Under the pieces are notes generated by a model. That model was given only the letters and a program-made list of their open reading frames with translations. It was not told where the DNA came from and did no database searches. Below, piece by piece: positions 55,663 through 64,000 of a DNA stretch of 64,000 nt; position 1 is the first letter of the stretch, and every line of letters starts with the position of its first letter. The stretch covers positions 32,001-96,000 of IMG/VR virus record IMGVR_UViG_3300012018_000002; one strand, given 5' to 3'. The translations under genes and the position numbers were made by a program. Source of the DNA: a virus. Taxonomy: Duplodnaviria; Caudoviricetes.

Positions 55663-57728
55663 AAAGAAAAATAAAATATCCAGAAGGAGGTAAAGTAATT
55701 AGTTCTGGAACTGCTCTTCCTAATTCTATTAATCAAACACAAGGAAATCTAGGAACTGTTTTACAAGACCCATATGCTTTTTCTAAGGCAATGGGAGTAA
55801 CTACCTTAACTCCTGAACAATGGAAGAAATTAGATGCTGGACAACAACAAGCTATTTGGAGACAAGGATTTGATGTTGCAGGATTTACCCAAACAGGAGA
55901 AAACTCTTTTAATGCAAATGGACAAACTAATAATTTTGCAATGGGGGGTCCTACAGGAGATGAGAAACCAAAACCTAATTATAATTTTAGTGAAGCAATT
56001 CCTAGATACAAGCTTGATAAAACAGACAGTATGTATTATGAAGCAGGATTTAATAATATGATAAAGCTTGACCCAGCTATTGTTAATCAATATGGCAAGA
56101 TGCAAAAATATGGGATTCCTGTTAATGATTCATATCCTATGAATAAAACAATACTTAATTCTTATGAAGATGCATTAAATCAAATGCCTCTTGGTAAAAA
56201 GTTAGGTGTTAAAGCAGGGGCAAAGGCAAAAGCTTTTGCAATGGGAGGTAATCCTCAATTTGATGCAGTTACTGGTGCACTATCTCCTTTAATAGGTTTA
56301 ATACCCGGTGGTCAATTTATAAACGCAGGATTAGATTTAGTTGGTAATTTCTTACCAGCTAAGAAAGAAGAAAAAGTTCCTAGTTCAGGAGTATATGCAT
56401 TAGGAGGTAGAGCTAAATATTTTAATAACAAAAAACCTGTATATGAAGTAGAAGGTGATGAAGTTGTTTTAGGTGGTGATGTATCATTAGAAGGTTCTTC
56501 AGATTCTTCTAAATATGGTAAGATAGCTAAAGGTCCTACTCATGATAAAGGTGGTGTTGATGCAACTGGTGGTAAATATGTATTGTCAAATAGAATAGGT
56601 ATTGATGGAAGTATTAAGAAAGAAAATGAAAACTCAATAGCTAGTCATGCTATACCTATTATGAAAGCATTAGCTAGTATTGCTAAACGTCCTAGCAGCA
56701 GGGTTGATAGAGAAGGAGAGAATATTTTAACCAACAAACTGAATACACTAAAGGACTTTAATGAAAAAATGTTATCTTTACAGGATAACAATAAAAAGAA
56801 ATTTTATTATGGTGGAGATACTCCTGACTGGGAACTACCTGATAATTATGGACAAGGTAGTGCTTTAAATTTACAAACAGGAACACCAGGTATTACCGAA
56901 AGAATTCCTGAAACAACAATGGGTATAAATACTAATTATAATACACCTTATCCAAATATAAGTCAATCATCATTAAAAACTAAAGATGGTGGTGCTGCAA
57001 GAATTGCTAAACCTTCAGTAGGAGTTAATTTAGTTCCTGAAAGTTATTTTGCTAATGCACCTAAAGAAATGGCAGGTGAAACTACACAAAGTAAAATAGG
57101 TGGTGTTAATGCATTAACAGGAGTAGGTATGGGATTATCTGCTTTAGGTAGTCTTGGTCAATTAGGTATTACAATGGCTGAACATAGAAGAAATGAAAGA
57201 GAAAACCCTGAACAGAATTTCTTTAGTGAAATAAGCCAAAGAGCAGAATCAACTTATAATGATTCTCTTGAAGGTTTAAATGCACAAAAGATAAAAACTA
57301 AAAGAGATATTAATGATGCTTATGGTTCTATCTTTTCTAATAGTCAAGCTAACTCAGTGAATGTAGATAGAGCTATGAAAAATATGGCTCAAGTTCAAAA
57401 GGTAAAAGGAATTGCAGATTCTAATCTTAATTATGATAGTGCTATTGCAGATAGAAAAGTAGGATTAGCTGGATTACAAATGCAAGGAGATACTTTACAA
57501 GCACAAGGAGCTGAAAGAAATTTAATTAATAGACAACAAAACTTAGCCAACTACTTTACTAACCTTGGCTCTAATGTATCTGATGCTACAGGTCAAGCTT
57601 TAAATGCAATTAAGATTGCACAAAATGCTAGAACTCAAACACAAGCACTTAGTATGTTATCACAAGCATATCCTAATTTTACTTTAGAACAGTTAAATGG
57701 AATGTTACAAATAGTATTCAAACAATGA
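55659..57728 (+). CDS. Virion cargo/ejection protein with repeated (F/Y)xxGG motifs
   Basis: EVEG.EV, GPTH..GGV, YVLS.RI; five (F/Y)xxGG motifs; Gln/Ala-rich C-terminus. Confidence 0.62.
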   Translation: MKRKIKYPEGGKVISSGTALPNSINQTQGNLGTVLQDPYAFSKAMGVTTLTPEQWKKLDAGQQQAIWRQGFDVAGFTQTGENSFNANGQTNNFAMGGPTGDEKPKPNYNFSEAIPRYKLDKTDSMYYEAGFNNMIKLDPAIVNQYGKMQKYGIPVNDSYPMNKTILNSYEDALNQMPLGKKLGVKAGAKAKAFAMGGNPQFDAVTGALSPLIGLIPGGQFINAGLDLVGNFLPAKKEEKVPSSGVYALGGRAKYFNNKKPVYEVEGDEVVLGGDVSLEGSSDSSKYGKIAKGPTHDKGGVDATGGKYVLSNRIGIDGSIKKENENSIASHAIPIMKALASIAKRPSSRVDREGENILTNKLNTLKDFNEKMLSLQDNNKKKFYYGGDTPDWELPDNYGQGSALNLQTGTPGITERIPETTMGINTNYNTPYPNISQSSLKTKDGGAARIAKPSVGVNLVPESYFANAPKEMAGETTQSKIGGVNALTGVGMGLSALGSLGQLGITMAEHRRNERENPEQNFFSEISQRAESTYNDSLEGLNAQKIKTKRDINDAYGSIFSNSQANSVNVDRAMKNMAQVQKVKGIADSNLNYDSAIADRKVGLAGLQMQGDTLQAQGAERNLINRQQNLANYFTNLGSNVSDATGQALNAIKIAQNARTQTQALSMLSQAYPNFTLEQLNGMLQIVFKQ

Positions 57729-57844
57729 ACACAGGGATATACACAATAACTAATATAGTTAATAATAAAATATATGTAGGGAGTTCTGCGTATAATCTAA
57801 AATTAAGAAAAATTTCAGAAACTAAAAGGAGGAAATTACAATGA
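57725..57844 (+). pseudogene. Internally deleted GIY-YIG endonuclease remnant (39 aa)
   Basis: MNTGIYTITNIVNNKIYVGSSAYNLKLRKISETKRRKLQ*; ATGA overlaps at both ends. Confidence 0.75.
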
Positions 57845-60315
57845 GTCGTTTTTTTAGAACATCTTCTACTCCTATTACGGATTATGGAGAGCAATATCCT
57901 ATAGAGGCTATAGCTATGGGTTTAGCTGGAAGACAGCAATCTTACAATATTAACAAAGCAGAATGGGAAGCAAAACTTCAAGCTATTGAAGATACTCCAT
58001 ATTTGAAATTAGGTTTAGGTGATGAACAGGCTCATGAAGAGCTGATGAATAAGTATCAAAAGTTAATAGATGAATCTTCTAGTAATCCTGACTTTAGTCA
58101 AATGGGTTCTCAACTTGAATTTATTAAAAGAGAAATTAAAAAAGACTTTGGTATTAATGGACCAGCTTCTGCATTAACAGGAAGATATAATGAATATGCT
58201 AAATGGTCAGATGAATATAAAAAAGGTATACAAGAGGGTAAATACTATGAAGGAGATGAAAGAAGATTCATTGAAGGATTTAATCAATTCAAAGGTGAAA
58301 AAGGAATGAATTCTCTTGGTGTAGATAGTTTAGTTGCAAGACCAGACATAGATACTAAAGTTACAAACTATATTGATAAAATATTAAAAGATGAAAAGAA
58401 TGTAAGAATAGAGAAGTCTGAAGATGGTAGATATATTATTAAAACTACAGAAGGTGGTATTAGAGAACAAAGACTTAACAATGGTTTAAATAATTATATT
58501 AATACTATACCTGGTTATAAAGAATGGATGTCTTGGGATAATAAATCTAAGTTTCAATCTCTTCAAACTCCTGATGGTGGTGTTAATGTAGATTCTCCTT
58601 ATTATCAAAAAGCTGAAGAATATTTAGCTAGTAGGTTATTAAATTTAAAATCTGACAATGAAAAGATTGATGAGTTATTAAAAGGTAAAAAATTATCTGC
58701 AGAAGAAAGAGAAAATTACATGCTAAATAAAGAGGCTAATATTGCTGAGATAAATGATATTGCAGGATATGATGAGAAGACAAAACAAAACATTGCTGCT
58801 AACTTAATTAATCAATCTTATACTAATGAAAAGATTGCTCCTTATATGGCAAGAGCTAACTGGAGTATATTAGACAAAGATATAAAAGCAGATGATTATG
58901 TTCTTGCAGATTATAAACACTCATTAGCTTTAAAAGAAATTGATTATCAAAACAGACAAGCACTAACTAATATTATTGCTTTACCTGGACAAATTGTTCC
59001 TTTTGATGAAAAGTCAACAAAAGAAAACTTTGCTAAACTACAAGAGAATTATAAAACTGTATCTGGTGATTATAACAAAGCTACCCTTGATATATTTAAA
59101 CAACTTACTTTTGTTGATAAAAACTTACAGTCTTTATACTCTGATTATCAAAATGCCACTGGTGCTGATAAAATAAAATTAGAAAGAGAAATATCTAATA
59201 AAGTTAAGAACTGGTATAATGATATGAACAATGGTAAAGATGTAGGTTCTTATAAAACTGTTCTTCAAAATAATAGATTGAACTATGATTATATAAATGA
59301 TGCAGCTAATAAATCTATTGAGTCATTAGACAAAGCAGAAAATGCATCTAGGTTTCAAGCTCAGTTTGTTATGACTCCTGAATTAGAAACTTCTATCAAT
59401 GATTTAAAAACATGGTTTAAAACTAACAATGCAGTATTACCACCAGAGATACAAAAAGCTGTAAATAGCAATGATGTTTCTGACTTTATGGTATTGCTTG
59501 AAAGAGGAAAGATTAGTCCTGAAGCAGTTAGAAAATTTTCTAAACTTAGTATTGGACATAGTAAGTATGATGCAGAAGACTTTTCTAAATTGTTAAACAA
59601 CATAGATAATTCTTATAAAAATGCATTAAAAAATGTAGCATCACTTCAAAGTCAAAATACTTGGGATATTACTTTCCCTGAAGAAGTTAGCACTAAAGTT
59701 CAAAGTATCAATGAAGATTTAAGTTATGCTGTAGCTGATGGTTATGGTAGTTTATCTTCATTCAATGGTAACACAGTAGGTGCTAATGAAAAAGATAATA
59801 TTGGTGATGCTAAAATAAAATCAAGAAAAGCTAATCTTTCTTCTATGGTTCATAATGGTAAGCTTTATTTTAAAGTTACTACTGAATATGAAAAAGAAGG
59901 TAAGACACAATATTTCACAGATTATGCAGAAGTTCCTGATACAGAGTTAAGTAATATGCAACAAGAACTTTTATCTGTTGCTACTATACCTGGTCCAAAA
60001 GGAGCTGTAGGAAGAATAGCAATTGGTAGAATGGATGTAGGAGATACTTTTGTTGAAGGTGATTTCTTACAGTCTATAAAAAATGGTCAAACTATATTTA
60101 TAGGAAATAACAATGAATATAAGATAGTTCCTGTATCTACTATTGATGGACAAAAGATTTTAAACTTATATTATTCTAAGGACCAAAGCACAGAAAAAGA
60201 AAATAGAGAATATTATCCAGTGGATAATTATCACAATACAAATCCAACTGATAGGTCAATCCCTGATATAAATACAGTGTTTGAGATTATTGGAAATTCA
60301 TATATACAAAAATAA
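57841..60315 (+). CDS. Large helical virion cargo/ejection protein
   Basis: 824 aa after the muzzle and first cargo gene. Confidence 0.6.
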   Translation: MSRFFRTSSTPITDYGEQYPIEAIAMGLAGRQQSYNINKAEWEAKLQAIEDTPYLKLGLGDEQAHEELMNKYQKLIDESSSNPDFSQMGSQLEFIKREIKKDFGINGPASALTGRYNEYAKWSDEYKKGIQEGKYYEGDERRFIEGFNQFKGEKGMNSLGVDSLVARPDIDTKVTNYIDKILKDEKNVRIEKSEDGRYIIKTTEGGIREQRLNNGLNNYINTIPGYKEWMSWDNKSKFQSLQTPDGGVNVDSPYYQKAEEYLASRLLNLKSDNEKIDELLKGKKLSAEERENYMLNKEANIAEINDIAGYDEKTKQNIAANLINQSYTNEKIAPYMARANWSILDKDIKADDYVLADYKHSLALKEIDYQNRQALTNIIALPGQIVPFDEKSTKENFAKLQENYKTVSGDYNKATLDIFKQLTFVDKNLQSLYSDYQNATGADKIKLEREISNKVKNWYNDMNNGKDVGSYKTVLQNNRLNYDYINDAANKSIESLDKAENASRFQAQFVMTPELETSINDLKTWFKTNNAVLPPEIQKAVNSNDVSDFMVLLERGKISPEAVRKFSKLSIGHSKYDAEDFSKLLNNIDNSYKNALKNVASLQSQNTWDITFPEEVSTKVQSINEDLSYAVADGYGSLSSFNGNTVGANEKDNIGDAKIKSRKANLSSMVHNGKLYFKVTTEYEKEGKTQYFTDYAEVPDTELSNMQQELLSVATIPGPKGAVGRIAIGRMDVGDTFVEGDFLQSIKNGQTIFIGNNNEYKIVPVSTIDGQKILNLYYSKDQSTEKENREYYPVDNYHNTNPTDRSIPDINTVFEIIGNSYIQK

Positions 60316-63300
60316 TGGCTTCATTAAACGAATTAAGAAAAGATACTATTACTCCTGCTGTAACTAGAGGAAGTAGTGGTTTAAATGTATTCTCTACATT
60401 AGACCCTGCTGATTACTCAGGACAGTTAGGAGATACTTTATATGGTAATAAAACCTCTTTAGATATTCAAAGAGCTAATGCTCAGAGTAATTGGGAGAGT
60501 GCAGGTAACTTCTTAGCTAGAGGTGTAGGTAAAGCTTTGCTTTCTGTTCCTGAGACAGCAGGTTATATCCTTGATATACCTGGTTGGGTAGGAGCTAATA
60601 AAGATTATGATAATGTTTTATCTACTTGGGCTAGAGAAGGTAAAGAATTCTTAGATGAAGAATTACCAGAATATTCAAGAGATACCATTGGACATGATTC
60701 ATTTAATCCAGCTTCTTTTGGTTGGTGGATGAGAAATGGAGATTCAGTTATTGAATCTTTAGGATATTTTGTTCCTGGTATGGCTTTAGGTAAAGGTGTT
60801 ACTGCAGCTTTGAAGTTAGGTAAAGAAGCCAGTGTTGCTGCTAACATTGCTAGAGGTATGAATAGATTTAGTAAGCTATCTACTACAGCAGAAAGAATTG
60901 CTGAAGCAGGTGGAACACTTACTGCAGCTATTGCATCTAATCATGCAGAGGGTATGCAGATTGCTGCTCAGACTTATAAAGATGTATATACTAGTGTAGT
61001 AAATAATGTAGGTGATGCCAAGGCTAAAGAATTAGCTAGTGAAGCTGCAGGTAAAGTAGTAAGAGGTAATCTTGTTATGGCTGTTCCTGAGTTCTTTGAA
61101 ATGAGATTAATGTTTAAAAACTTTGACTCATTAAGAAGAGGTGCTAACTTTAGTAAAAACTGGATAGGTAGAAATGCTCCTGAATTATTAAAACAAGCAG
61201 GTCTTGAAGGTGGTGAAGAATGGTATCAAGGTTTTATTGAAAGAGAATCTAAGAGAACCGCAAACATTGAAGCAGGTGTTATTGAAGATGATAAGTCTAA
61301 TGTATATTCAAGAATTATAGATTACATTACTTCTGATGAAGGTATGACAGAAGGTTTTTTAGGTGCTATTGGTGGTCTTGGATTTGGGGCTATTGGTGGT
61401 GCTATGAATATGAATAAGAGTGCAAGAGATAGAAAAAGAGGTATTGATATTATTAGTCAAAACCAAAGTGCATTAAAAAAAATAATGCAATCTCAAGGAC
61501 AGCTTATTGATATGATGGGTAAAGAAGTAGATAAAAATAATCCTACTGCTGTTGAAAATGCAATTAAAGGTATCTTTTTAAATAGAGCTTGGTTAGCTGC
61601 AGAAGCTGGAACATTTTCTCAATTAGAAGAATATGTAGAGTCTATGCAAAATGCTAGTCAAGAGGAAATTGAAAAAAATGGTTGGGATAGAAAAACTATT
61701 GCAGAAAGAGTTCCTCAGTTTAAAAAGTTATTATCTCAAGTAGAAGATGTTTACAATAAAGTAAATTCTTTAGGTGGTAGTATGTCAAATGAGTTTGTTG
61801 GTAAAATGGCAAACCATTTACTAAAACAAATGGCAGCACAAGAAGGATTAGCTCAAGTAGAAAATGATTTACAATTAGCTTATGCTGATTTGTTAAAAAC
61901 AATTCCTAATAAATCTACTGACTTCTTGTCTTTACATCCTTTACTTTTAGAAAGAGTTATACTAGAACAATTTGCTAAAGCTTATAAAGATGAAAAATGG
62001 AGAAAAGATAATAACTTAAATTATAGTCCTGATGTAGAAAAAACACTCATTGATAGATTACTTTCTTTAGAAGTTGATTTAGATGAAAAATCAAAGGGTG
62101 TTGATACTGGTAAAGTGTTAGATAATGAAGTTGCTAATACAACAATATCTAAAATTATTACTGAGAAAGTAAGAAATCTTATTCTATACGAACAAGAAAA
62201 ATCTGATTATAATTTCTATTCTAATCCTAGAAACAGAGAAGAATGGGAATTAAAAAATGAACAAACATCTACAGAAACTCAAGAAGTAGCTGAAGAAAAA
62301 CCTGTTGATAAAAAAGAAACTAAAAAAGAAGTTCCTACTGAAACAGTTGATTCTATTATCAAACAAAGAGAACAAGAAATTGAAGATATAGAAACTTTAA
62401 TCGAAGCTCAACAAGTTAAATTTGAAAATACTCCAGGTGCTGATATTGATGCTCATAATAAAAAGATAACAGAGCTTAGAGATAAAATAGCAAAGGTTAG
62501 AAAAAATGCAGAGGACAGAATAAGTAAACTTAAAAAAGTTGAAGACGATGGTGATTTAAAAGGTAATAAAACATCAATTAAAAACAAAAACCAAGAAGAA
62601 ACTCAAGAGTTTTTAAACCTTGCTGAATTAGCCAAAGAAGATATACTTAATGTATTTGATAGCTTTGAAAGAAAAGAAGATGTAGGTGAAAGTAAACATA
62701 AGGGAAATGCTGTTACTATTAAAATTAAGAATTCTGTAATTGATGAAATTGTAATTTGGAAATCTTCTAAAGATATTGGGTTTAATCTGAAATCAGGAAA
62801 ATCATCTGTGCAAATAACAGATGAGAAAAAACTATTACAGTTAATTGCTGAAAAGCTTACTGAAGATAAAAGAAAAGCAGAAAGAAAACCTAAACCTGTA
62901 ATTACTAATGAACCAGTAACTTCTATTACTGTAACTCCAGAGATATTACAAACTCTGGAAGAAGGTTCTGTATTGCAAGTAGAAACTGCTAATGATTCTA
63001 TTATTACTTTAATTAAAACTAAAGAAGGCTTTAAACTTGAAAGAGTTTTATATCAAAATGGTATTAGTGTTCCTGAAGTTCCATCTAATCCTGAAATTAA
63101 ACTAGATAAATATTTAATTGCAGCATCATCAATATCCCAAAAGGATTATGATATTCTTATTGCTACTTTAAATGCAGGTGCTATTGCTGAACAATTTGTA
63201 GGAAAGATTACCAAAATTAAAAATGGTAAAGTTGAAAAAACTCAAGATGCTGAAGGTAATGTAGTTGAAGATGAAACACCTGATGGTAAAGAAGAAGATA

Positions 63301-64000
63301 GAGGTGAAGATGTTATTTTATCAGGTGACTTTGGAAGTGAATGGTTAGCACATACTAAAACTACAATTAAAGAAGTTCAACCTATTGAATCTAAGGTTAC
63401 AACTAATAGTAGTAATCCTCAATACAATCAAGGTGTTGCAACTACTAGTTTAACTGTTGACTACAATAGTCAAATTGTATGGAATGATGAATCTAAAGGA
63501 AGAAATCCTGAAAACAATTATGACTTAGAATATTTATATAGTGGTGAAGCTAATAATGATACTACATTACAACTAGAAGTAGATACTACTTATGGTGGTG
63601 ATAATGTATTTCCATATACTGAAGTTCCTGTTATCTTGGTTTCTAAAACAAGAAAAGAAACTTCTGACTCTCCTGTTGCTGGTAGATTAGGACATTTACC
63701 TACATTAGTATTTAAAAAATCTATTAATGAATATGATATTGCTAGAACTACATCAAGTTCTACAGCTTATGTATATTGGAGTTTAGAGGATTTATTGAAA
63801 GAGAAATCTTCTATATCTAAATTACCTGATAGTGATATAAATAAAATGACCTTATTAGAAGAGGTTAATAAAGCTATTGATGTCAGAAGAGGTCAAATCA
63901 AGTCTTATCTTGATATGAGAAAAGCTTTACTTGGTAGAGATGGTGACTTTACTTTAGAAGAAAGAAAAAACGCAACTCCTGTTAAAGTAATTAATCATGG
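60315..64000 (+). CDS. Very large virion cargo protein, truncated by window edge (MASLNELRKDT...)
   Basis: Starts at a TAATG overlap; appears open for >1200 codons to the edge; Gly/Ala-rich hydrophobic N-terminal segments; position of the crAss-like giant ejected proteins. Confidence 0.72.
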   Translation, partial: MASLNELRKDTITPAVTRGSSGLNVFSTLDPADYSGQLGDTLYGNKTSLDIQRANAQSNWESAGNFLARGVGKALLSVPETAGYILDIPGWVGANKDYDNVLSTWAREGKEFLDEELPEYSRDTIGHDSFNPASFGWWMRNGDSVIESLGYFVPGMALGKGVTAALKLGKEASVAANIARGMNRFSKLSTTAERIAEAGGTLTAAIASNHAEGMQIAAQTYKDVYTSVVNNVGDAKAKELASEAAGKVVRGNLVMAVPEFFEMRLMFKNFDSLRRGANFSKNWIGRNAPELLKQAGLEGGEEWYQGFIERESKRTANIEAGVIEDDKSNVYSRIIDYITSDEGMTEGFLGAIGGLGFGAIGGAMNMNKSARDRKRGIDIISQNQSALKKIMQSQGQLIDMMGKEVDKNNPTAVENAIKGIFLNRAWLAAEAGTFSQLEEYVESMQNASQEEIEKNGWDRKTIAERVPQFKKLLSQVEDVYNKVNSLGGSMSNEFVGKMANHLLKQMAAQEGLAQVENDLQLAYADLLKTIPNKSTDFLSLHPLLLERVILEQFAKAYKDEKWRKDNNLNYSPDVEKTLIDRLLSLEVDLDEKSKGVDTGKVLDNEVANTTISKIITEKVRNLILYEQEKSDYNFYSNPRNREEWELKNEQTSTETQEVAEEKPVDKKETKKEVPTETVDSIIKQREQEIEDIETLIEAQQVKFENTPGADIDAHNKKITELRDKIAKVRKNAEDRISKLKKVEDDGDLKGNKTSIKNKNQEETQEFLNLAELAKEDILNVFDSFERKEDVGESKHKGNAVTIKIKNSVIDEIVIWKSSKDIGFNLKSGKSSVQITDEKKLLQLIAEKLTEDKRKAERKPKPVITNEPVTSITVTPEILQTLEEGSVLQVETANDSIITLIKTKEGFKLERVLYQNGISVPEVPSNPEIKLDKYLIAASSISQKDYDILIATLNAGAIAEQFVGKITKIKNGKVEKTQDAEGNVVEDETPDGKEEDRGEDVILSGDFGSEWLAHTKTTIKEVQPIESKVTTNSSNPQYNQGVATTSLTVDYNSQIVWNDESKGRNPENNYDLEYLYSGEANNDTTLQLEVDTTYGGDNVFPYTEVPVILVSKTRKETSDSPVAGRLGHLPTLVFKKSINEYDIARTTSSSTAYVYWSLEDLLKEKSSISKLPDSDINKMTLLEEVNKAIDVRRGQIKSYLDMRKALLGRDGDFTLEERKNATPVKVINH

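Noticed and set aside
7961-61902. Short antisense or nested track ORFs (e.g. 7961, 9604, 10997, 19189, 19247, 20026, 25707, 28304, 31578, 34553, 35817, 38393, 39585, 40031, 41514, 47022, 48491, 53388, 55830, 55834, 58976, 59361, 60605, 61720)
   Set aside because: Mostly shadows of well-supported genes, without motifs or plausible starts
60315-64000. Calling the final giant ORF the virion RNA polymerase
   Set aside because: No DxDxD catalytic motif seen in the visible part; only positional evidence

Overview
AT-rich dsDNA phage segment with the organisation of a Crassvirales (crAss-like) phage; a Bacteroidota host is inferred from gene order, SD-less AT-rich leaders and TAnnTTTG-type promoter motifs. 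There are two divergent arms with a strand switch at ~19.6-19.9 kb. The left arm (minus strand) carries a family B DNA polymerase, a nicotinamidase-like/vWA/PP2C/kinase (TerY-P-type) cassette, a tmRNA, tRNA-Glu and a Ro60/TROVE gene followed by a family of Y-RNA-like elements. It also has a tRNA-Arg(UCU) split by a group I intron carrying an antisense HNH gene, a hammerhead ribozyme, and long hairpin-dense non-coding stretches. The right arm (plus strand) carries HU-like, GroES-like and GroEL genes, a tRNA cluster with a free-standing HNH, TerL, portal, scaffold, major capsid, ring, fibre, lysis and muzzle genes, and virion cargo proteins (the last runs off the window). The most striking observation is five copies of one conserved RNA module, stem-U-GGUG..AG-UUACUUC..CU..UUUCC-stem, in three architectures. 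One is a YrlA-like RNA with a closed acceptor stem, one is its circular permutation (an open-ended tRNA whose anticodon arm is replaced by the putative Ro-binding stem), and three are minimal stem-only forms. All protein calls come from motifs read by eye; no database searches were run.
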